From positions 145,733-209,732 of the forward strand of contig CAYPYS010000001.1 in NCBI GenBank assembly GCA_964415355.1: 64,000 nt of DNA, read 5' to 3'. The notes under the pieces were generated by a model that saw nothing but the letters and a program-made list of their open reading frames with translations, did no database searches and was not told where the DNA came from. The position numbers and the translations under genes are program-made. Positions 57,849 to 64,000 of the stretch are shown here, in pieces. This DNA is from an uncultured Planctomycetia bacterium. Its GTDB lineage: Bacteria > Omnitrophota > Gorgyraeia > Gorgyraeales > Gorgyraeaceae. Within the stretch, counting starts at the first letter, position 1. Each line of letters begins with the position of its first letter.

Positions 57849-60407
57849 TTATAAAGTCCTCAATCTGATCCCGTCTATATGAAGATTTCTGTCTTCCGCG
57901 GATTCTTCATCGTAATAATCGTTCTCAAAAACTATCCCCAGCCTGTTAGCGGGGCAATCTACGATTATAATGCCTGAATACTCTTTCCAGTCGCCAATGA
58001 CATCTAAGTCCATCACATGCTTATCATTGAACTTTATTATCATGCGAGGCCATATGCCAAGCGCTTCCCGGCCTTTCGCATTGAGCTTAAATTCATATAT
58101 ACCGGCTGGCAGAAATACATCCAAAGTCAACCCTTCTTCGGAATAGATATCTTTTTTTATGTCAAAATCCAAATCAAAACCTCCTGATCTGAAATCCACT
58201 GACACGGGAATATGATTAAAATCAAGTATCTTTTTTATTTCTGCGGGGCGATAATAAATAGAGCCTGTTTTTCTTGATATCTTATATTCCAGTTGATAGG
58301 CTTCCGCGTTTCTGGAGTCTATTGCCAGCGATTTTTCCAAAAATCTTCTTGCTGTATCTATATGGCCTTCGTTTAAATAATATTCGCCCAGGGATGCAAA
58401 GAATACAGACTTGCTTTCTGGGGAGAATTTCGTCTTCCTGTATCCAGCTAACGCGTCTTCTATAAGAGACATCTTCAGATAGCACTTGAGCCGTCCCAAT
58501 TTTACATTTTCATTGTCTCTCCCGAACGACTCTGCCATCTCATAATAAACCATTGCCTTATTTATGTCCTGAGAGGCAAAGGCCAGATCCGCAATGCTTT
58601 CATAAGGTTCCCCGTCTGTAAAAGATCCCGCCATTGACGAATGCCATTTCGACTCTGACATTGCGCGCGAGGCGTTTTTGTATAACCTGCTGGATATATC
58701 CGTATTACCTGAATTCAGGAGAAAACCGGCATGCTTTTTTAAGTAATACCAGTTTGCCGGGTCTAAATCTACGGCTTTCCTGTAAGCGCTGTCCGCTAAT
58801 CTTAGAAGGTTGTCTTCTGTAACAGAGTATCTGGAGAGGCGATAATAACTATCGGCTAAGCCCATCCACGACCATGCATCTATAGGGTTTAAATACAGCG
58901 CCTCTTTGTATTTCTTCACTGACTTATTAATATATTGCCTGCCGTCAGTTTTGCCCTGAGCCTTCTTGCTATAGATATTTGCCAGTTTATACGGGTATAA
59001 ATAATTAAAACGGCACAGATTTATCGCAGTAAGTGACAAACCTTCTGCTTTTTCCAGATTATTCCTGACAAAAGCCCTGTCAGATGCCGTTGAGCAGATC
59101 TCCGCAGCAAGCACAGTGCTTATAAAAATAATAGATGCTGTCATGGTTATCAACGCAAATGGCTTAAAAAATCTGGTTAAGGCAGGGCTAAGTTTCAAGA
59201 CAAGATCAGGATATCTTTTTTCCTTTTTAGAGGATATGTTGAAAATAAGGGCGGAAAAAACAGTAAATATAATAGCATTGGCGGGTATATAAAAATTGAA
59301 ATCCCCTAATCCGTGAAGAGACATGCTTAAAACCGCCACTGTCAGCGAAAGGGAGCTCCATTTTTTAAAAGAACTCATGGCTATCGCATAAGTCGTAAAT
59401 CCCTTTTTGACTATATTACAGATGATAATAACCGCCAGGCATGAAGCAAATATGCCTATTTCAGAAGCTATCTGCAGATAATCATTGTGCGCATAGTTTA
59501 CAAGCATATTCAAGCCCAGAGGCCTGTATTTTGGAAAATTGTAAATAAAGGTCCCTGGCCCGGTGCCTAAAAACCAGTTATCTTTTATCATGCCAAGAGT
59601 ACCTTTCCATATCTCCACTCTTCCTGCAAAATCCAATTCTTTATAACTCGAGATCCTTGCCAACAGCAATTTTGGATCTATTGCATTGTATATGAAAATT
59701 CCAAGGATTATAAAAAGCAGGGCTGACATAAAAAATACGAACCTGGCCTTACCTCTCTTGATTATAACAGCTGCCATGACAAGTAAAGACAACGATAAAG
59801 AAAACCAGCCGCCTCTTGACATAGAAAGGAGAAAGGCAGTGCATAAAAGCAAAAATGAGTAGATATACAGGGATTTCCTGCTCTTGTCTTTTTCGTATAA
59901 AATCATGCCTATTGAAAGCGGGATAATAAGTTCTGTCAACCCTGCGAAATGGTTATGATTTACATAGGTAGATGATAGAAATCTGGGATTATCCCACCAC
60001 GACTTATCAAGGACGCCCAGATACTGCAATATACCGAATAAAGCTATGCCTGTGCCAATGGCTAAAATTATATTTAGCGTTCTCTTTATCTCCTTTTCGC
60101 TCCTTATGAAATTTACTACGATATAAAAAATTGAGGCCAGGATAGCAAGTTTTATGATCTCCATAATAGACCCATATATATATTTAGAATTAATGATAGA
60201 TATAATAGATATAAGGGCAAATAATAATATAGATATATCTATAGGGGTCTTTTTTATGCGGATCTCTTTTTCCCTGGCTATCATAAAAGTCCAGAAAATA
60301 AGCATCGATAAAGTAAGGATATATATAGGGCCATAAGCCCATATCCTGACTGCCCCCCTTGCTATGGGAGCTAATATAAGGATTGCGTAGAGAATATAAT
60401 GTATCAT
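57849..60407 (-). CDS. O-antigen ligase family protein with TPRs and C-terminal carbohydrate-binding-like domain
   Basis: STYVNHNHFAG, SRGG, GTGPGTF, YAHNDYLQ; TPRs; FEND....DRNLHID tail. Confidence 0.82.
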   Translation of the reverse strand: MIHYILYAILILAPIARGAVRIWAYGPIYILTLSMLIFWTFMIAREKEIRIKKTPIDISILLFALISIISIINSKYIYGSIMEIIKLAILASIFYIVVNFIRSEKEIKRTLNIILAIGTGIALFGILQYLGVLDKSWWDNPRFLSSTYVNHNHFAGLTELIIPLSIGMILYEKDKSRKSLYIYSFLLLCTAFLLSMSRGGWFSLSLSLLVMAAVIIKRGKARFVFFMSALLFIILGIFIYNAIDPKLLLARISSYKELDFAGRVEIWKGTLGMIKDNWFLGTGPGTFIYNFPKYRPLGLNMLVNYAHNDYLQIASEIGIFASCLAVIIICNIVKKGFTTYAIAMSSFKKWSSLSLTVAVLSMSLHGLGDFNFYIPANAIIFTVFSALIFNISSKKEKRYPDLVLKLSPALTRFFKPFALITMTASIIFISTVLAAEICSTASDRAFVRNNLEKAEGLSLTAINLCRFNYLYPYKLANIYSKKAQGKTDGRQYINKSVKKYKEALYLNPIDAWSWMGLADSYYRLSRYSVTEDNLLRLADSAYRKAVDLDPANWYYLKKHAGFLLNSGNTDISSRLYKNASRAMSESKWHSSMAGSFTDGEPYESIADLAFASQDINKAMVYYEMAESFGRDNENVKLGRLKCYLKMSLIEDALAGYRKTKFSPESKSVFFASLGEYYLNEGHIDTARRFLEKSLAIDSRNAEAYQLEYKISRKTGSIYYRPAEIKKILDFNHIPVSVDFRSGGFDLDFDIKKDIYSEEGLTLDVFLPAGIYEFKLNAKGREALGIWPRMIIKFNDKHVMDLDVIGDWKEYSGIIIVDCPANRLGIVFENDYYDEESAEDRNLHIDGIRLRTL

Positions 60408-60418
60408 ATAGACAAAAA

Positions 60419-60504
60419 CTCCCTGGACAGCGATTTTCCCCTCCTTCTCATCTGTCTTTTAGACAGATGCCGTGGCTGGTGGGGCTTCCAGCTTGCCCAG
60501 GGAG
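60419..60504 (-). ncRNA. candidate structured cis-RNA inside the EPS operon
   Basis: 11-bp closing stem, CCCC/GGGG stem, 9-bp apical hairpin, followed by UUUUU; family not recognised. Confidence 0.4.
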
Positions 60505-60506
60505 CA

Positions 60507-61292
60507 TTATAGATGAAATCCGTTATTAACGATCCTTACGAAATGCTCTACTATATCGCTGTCAAATTGAGCGCCTCTCTTTTGAATGATCTCATTTACG
60601 GCTATTTCTTTAGACACGGGTGTTTTATAAGAATGCGGTGATATCATTGAATCGTATGCTTCTGCTATTGAAATAATACGCGCGCCTTTCTGAATGTTCC
60701 TTCTATCCAGGCCTTTGGGATAACCCTTGCCATTCACTTTCTCATGATGCTGCGCAACTATTGCCGCGACGTCTTTTAACTCTTTTATGGAGCTCAACAT
60801 CTTTGCCCCCAACGCTGGATGTTTTTTTACTAATTCATATTCATGGGGCGTAAGCGTATCTTGTTTAAAAATTATATACTTATCTATACCTATATTTCCT
60901 ATATCGTGAAGAAGGCCTGCTATCTCTATCTTTTTTATATCGGAATCACTCATATTCATATCACGCGCTATTTCTGAAGCCAACCTTGATACTTCCTGGG
61001 CATGAAGGATAGAAGATTCACCGGCAGGGCCAAATGTCTTGAATACGCCTAGTATACTTGTGCATAAAGCATCTATTAATGAAACATTATATATATTACC
61101 ATTATCTATGGGCATATCGCCAAGTATAGACAGAAGTTCACTCTTGCGGATCCTATGATGGCCTCCCGGCGTTTTGAGCGTTCTCAGCTTGCCTGTATAG
61201 ATATAGTTCTTTATGGTCGAGAGACTTAGATTCACATGCCCTGCTGCTTGTTTAGGCGTAAAATAAATCTCTTGGTCAAATTTATTTTTCAT
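60507..61292 (-). CDS. excisionase-type HTH fused to HD-GYP domain
   Basis: FTPKQAA..V.LS.STIKNYI..G.L...KTPGGHHRI; LLHDIG, HHEKVNGKGYP. Confidence 0.85.
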   Translation of the reverse strand: MKNKFDQEIYFTPKQAAGHVNLSLSTIKNYIYTGKLRTLKTPGGHHRIRKSELLSILGDMPIDNGNIYNVSLIDALCTSILGVFKTFGPAGESSILHAQEVSRLASEIARDMNMSDSDIKKIEIAGLLHDIGNIGIDKYIIFKQDTLTPHEYELVKKHPALGAKMLSSIKELKDVAAIVAQHHEKVNGKGYPKGLDRRNIQKGARIISIAEAYDSMISPHSYKTPVSKEIAVNEIIQKRGAQFDSDIVEHFVRIVNNGFHL

Positions 61293-63390
61293 GGCTGTAA
61301 TACTTTCCGTAATAATATTGCGGGTAAGAGTAACAATCCTTCGTAAGCGATATATTATTAACTATAACCCCTACAATATTAGTGTTCACTTTCTGCAATA
61401 ATTCTTTTGCGTTATTTAAAAGCGGTTTTGTTATCCTGCTGCCGTCCGCTACCAGCACGGCCCCCGTGCAGATACTTGATAATATCTGGGCATCTGTCAC
61501 AAGAGCGACCGGAGGCGTATCAAAAATAACCTTGGAAAATTTGGAAGAGGCGATCTTCAGGAAAAGCTTCATGTTCTCCGATGAAATCAATTCTGCCGGC
61601 TTATCGGTGATCTTTCCTGCTGTAACAAAATAAAGGTTGTTGACCTTCGAAGTTCTGCAAATGCTATCGAAATCATTTCTTCCCAGAAGGAATTGAGAAA
61701 GCCCTGTCTTGTTCTCGACATTGAATACCGTATGCATTCTAGGTTTCCTCATATCGGCATCCACCAAAAGGACCTTTTCGCCGCTATTCGCAATCATAGT
61801 CGCGAGATTTACGGCAGTAAGGGTCTTGCCTTCCTTGGGGACAGAGCTTGTAATAACTATGCTCTTTGCCCCTCCTGAATGATTTATAGAAAATAGTAAA
61901 TTTGTCCTGATGGTGCGATAGGCCTCGGAAGCCAACGAATGCGAATCTCTTTCAACAATGCGATCTATTTCCTCTGCGTTTCTTACGTTTTTCCCGTCAG
62001 GCTTGATCTTAGGGACAGAGCCTAAAATAGGGGATTGAAGCAACGCGGCTATCTCTCTCGGGTCCTTTAACGTAACATCCATATGTTCCTTAAAAAAAGC
62101 CAGGCCTATGCCTCCCCCCAGGCCCAATATAATAGATAAAGCTATATTAAGTCCTTTTTTAGGCCTGACAGGTTTTCTGGGTACCTCCGCGATATCCTGT
62201 ATGCGCACGTTATTCGTCTGTATATTGCTTGCCACGGATGTTTCTTTCAATCTATTCAAGGCAATTTGCAGGATCCTGCTGTTGGTCTCTATCTCTCTTT
62301 CTAATGCATTGTAATCAATGATCTTCCTCTCGAATTCGAGCGCCTGCCTCTTCCTGTCATCTAATGCCGTTTTTAATTCGTTCTCTTCTTCCAGGGAATT
62401 TTCGTATTCTGTCCTTATCCCCGTTAACGCATTGTTGTATTCTGTCTTTATCTCCCTGTTTACAAGTGACTCAAGATGAGAGATGTTTTCCAGAAGCCTT
62501 ATCATCTTAGGATGTTTGTGTTTATATATTTTTTTATACTCTACCAGCAATGATGTCTGCTTTAGATATTCTTCTTTTAACCTCTCAAGGTTCTCATTGG
62601 AAACCAGGGGCGCTGGCAGATTCTCCGTAGTCATATCGCCTTCCTGCCCAAGCAGATTTCTATAGGTGGCCTCGGACTGGATTCTTCTCTTTTGGGCATC
62701 CAGATAACTGGCGTTTAATCTGATCAATGCGTCATTGATTATTTCCTGCTGATTTTCTATGGAAAAGATGTTATTTTCCTCTTTATATTTCTGCAGCCCT
62801 GCTTCCGCTTCACTTACTTTCTTTTTCTGTCTTTCGACTTCTTTCCTTAGCCAATCCTGCGCCTCGTTGGACACGTCTATTTTTAAATCTATATTGGAAT
62901 TGACATAGATCTTTGCAAATTCATTCGCGATCCTGCTTGCAAGCTTAGGATCCCTGCTTTCAGCATGTATTTTTATAATCCTGGCATCTCCTACAAGATC
63001 TACCTTTAATTTCTTGAGCAAAATCTCTATAGGATCTTTCTTTTTCCTGTATTCTTCTTCATCCGCGAGCCTCAGATTTTTCATTACAGCATGAGCGACG
63101 CGCCTGCTTCTTATTATCTCCTTCTGTGTTTCTATGTAATCCCTGTATAAGTAATATTCTGTCTCTCCTAGCTTAACGACATCCTTCACGGACAAAACAG
63201 AAGGGCTCTCTATATCGATTATAACCGTAGCCGCAGCCCTATATACCGGCTTTTGTATAAAAGAAGCCAGCGCGACAGTGGTGACAGTAATAAAAAAGAA
63301 GCTTGCGGCTACCCACTTTCGGCGACGCAATATATTAAGATAGTCTCTCAGGTGCATATTTATATTTTCATTTATAGTACTTAATTCCAT
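61282..63390 (-). CDS. wzc: Wzc polysaccharide co-polymerase/tyrosine autokinase
   Basis: EAYRTIRTN, TSSVPKEGKT, DADMRKP, DTPP, Tyr-rich C-terminus. Confidence 0.93.
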   Translation of the reverse strand: MELSTINENINMHLRDYLNILRRRKWVAASFFFITVTTVALASFIQKPVYRAAATVIIDIESPSVLSVKDVVKLGETEYYLYRDYIETQKEIIRSRRVAHAVMKNLRLADEEEYRKKKDPIEILLKKLKVDLVGDARIIKIHAESRDPKLASRIANEFAKIYVNSNIDLKIDVSNEAQDWLRKEVERQKKKVSEAEAGLQKYKEENNIFSIENQQEIINDALIRLNASYLDAQKRRIQSEATYRNLLGQEGDMTTENLPAPLVSNENLERLKEEYLKQTSLLVEYKKIYKHKHPKMIRLLENISHLESLVNREIKTEYNNALTGIRTEYENSLEEENELKTALDDRKRQALEFERKIIDYNALEREIETNSRILQIALNRLKETSVASNIQTNNVRIQDIAEVPRKPVRPKKGLNIALSIILGLGGGIGLAFFKEHMDVTLKDPREIAALLQSPILGSVPKIKPDGKNVRNAEEIDRIVERDSHSLASEAYRTIRTNLLFSINHSGGAKSIVITSSVPKEGKTLTAVNLATMIANSGEKVLLVDADMRKPRMHTVFNVENKTGLSQFLLGRNDFDSICRTSKVNNLYFVTAGKITDKPAELISSENMKLFLKIASSKFSKVIFDTPPVALVTDAQILSSICTGAVLVADGSRITKPLLNNAKELLQKVNTNIVGVIVNNISLTKDCYSYPQYYYGKYYSHEK

Positions 63391-63400
63391 GGTCTTCTCC

Positions 63401-63976
63401 TTAAAAGAAACTCTCCGGCACTACGATGATGTCACCTGGTTTAACAGCAATATCCTTGTCCTTATTACCCTTCTTTGTTATGTCGCTCACCTTTATAGGT
63501 ATGGTGATCTCTTCGCCTTCTTCTACGCGTATTATCTTTGTAGAATTTTCAGCTGCGCCTCTTCTGAACCCGCCTGCCATAGTAATGGCCTCCAGCGCTG
63601 TAGTAGGCCTGTCCTTAAAAAGTTCGTACTCGCCCGGCCTATTGACAAATCCCATCACAAACACCTTCTCAGGGTGATACTCCTTTATAAAGACATTCAC
63701 CTGCGGATCTACCAAATAGTCCTTTTCCAGCAAAAATCTTATCTTCTCCTCAACTTCATTTACCGAAAGGTCTTTTATATCCACTGTCCCTAAAAGCGGG
63801 AACATGATCTCGCCGTTCGGGCTGACCCTTAATTCAGTCGTGAGGTCAGGATGCTCGTATACGGTTATAGTAAGGACATCCCCTGCTTCTACCTTATATT
63901 CCTCGGAAGAATAGCTATTGGAGGGGCTGAAGGCTAGAATAATAAATATTATTAATAATATTTTTCTAATAAGCAT
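63401..63976 (-). CDS. wza: polysaccharide export protein (Wza/Poly_export + SLBB)
   Basis: Y.V..GDVL.I.VY..PDL, G.I.FPLLG, G.V..PG.Y, PGDIIVVPESFF. Confidence 0.88.
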   Translation of the reverse strand: MLIRKILLIIFIILAFSPSNSYSSEEYKVEAGDVLTITVYEHPDLTTELRVSPNGEIMFPLLGTVDIKDLSVNEVEEKIRFLLEKDYLVDPQVNVFIKEYHPEKVFVMGFVNRPGEYELFKDRPTTALEAITMAGGFRRGAAENSTKIIRVEEGEEITIPIKVSDITKKGNKDKDIAVKPGDIIVVPESFF

Positions 63977-64000
63977 AATGATTTCTTGTGGATTCCCGCT

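Noticed and set aside
60419-60504. Cobalamin or c-di-GMP-I riboswitch
   Set aside because: AGCCACGG...GAGAAGG recalls a cobalamin sub-motif, but the core elements are missing. The GNRA/receptor architecture of c-di-GMP-I is not evident. Kept only as an unassigned RNA.
96-63793. Numerous short plus-strand ORFs antisense to long genes
   Set aside because: Shadow ORFs with no recognisable motifs, fully overlapping well-supported genes.

Overview
Bacterial chromosomal window from a diderm, probably a PVC-superphylum or Omnitrophota-like lineage. That assignment is inferred from the ilvE-mcsA-mcsB-clpC order, the lol/lnt/lptE/bamD genes and Chlamydia-MOMP-like porins. Almost all genes are on the minus strand. 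1-33.6 kb is housekeeping: clpC/mcsAB, lolCD, lysS, lnt, secA, prfB, uvrC, murJ, rpsT, holA, lptE, bamD, comEA/EC, leuS, two tRNAs, accA and comM. 33.6-38.2 kb holds a REP-associated tyrosine transposase (RAYT) and a two-component pair. 38.2-64 kb is a Wzx/Wzy exopolysaccharide locus. The most striking unexplained signal is a 37-bp fixed-length imperfect palindrome (TAA(C/G)T(T/A)TACA-nTTnAAC-nnn-GTTnAAn-TGTA(A/T)A(G/C)TTA) found 22 times at gene junctions in the first 38 kb and never in the EPS locus. It behaves like an ultra-short TA-duplicating MITE that inserts into stop codons and the edges of Shine-Dalgarno sequences without breaking genes. Other highlights are RAYT REPs carrying perfect DnaA boxes, in-frame heptamer-repeat tracts in core proteins, a nested 176-bp hairpin, MOMP-like porins, an SLH-like plus phage-baseplate-like secreted protein, an HTH-HD-GYP fusion and a candidate structured RNA inside the EPS operon. 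All calls come from reading the sequence; no searches were run.
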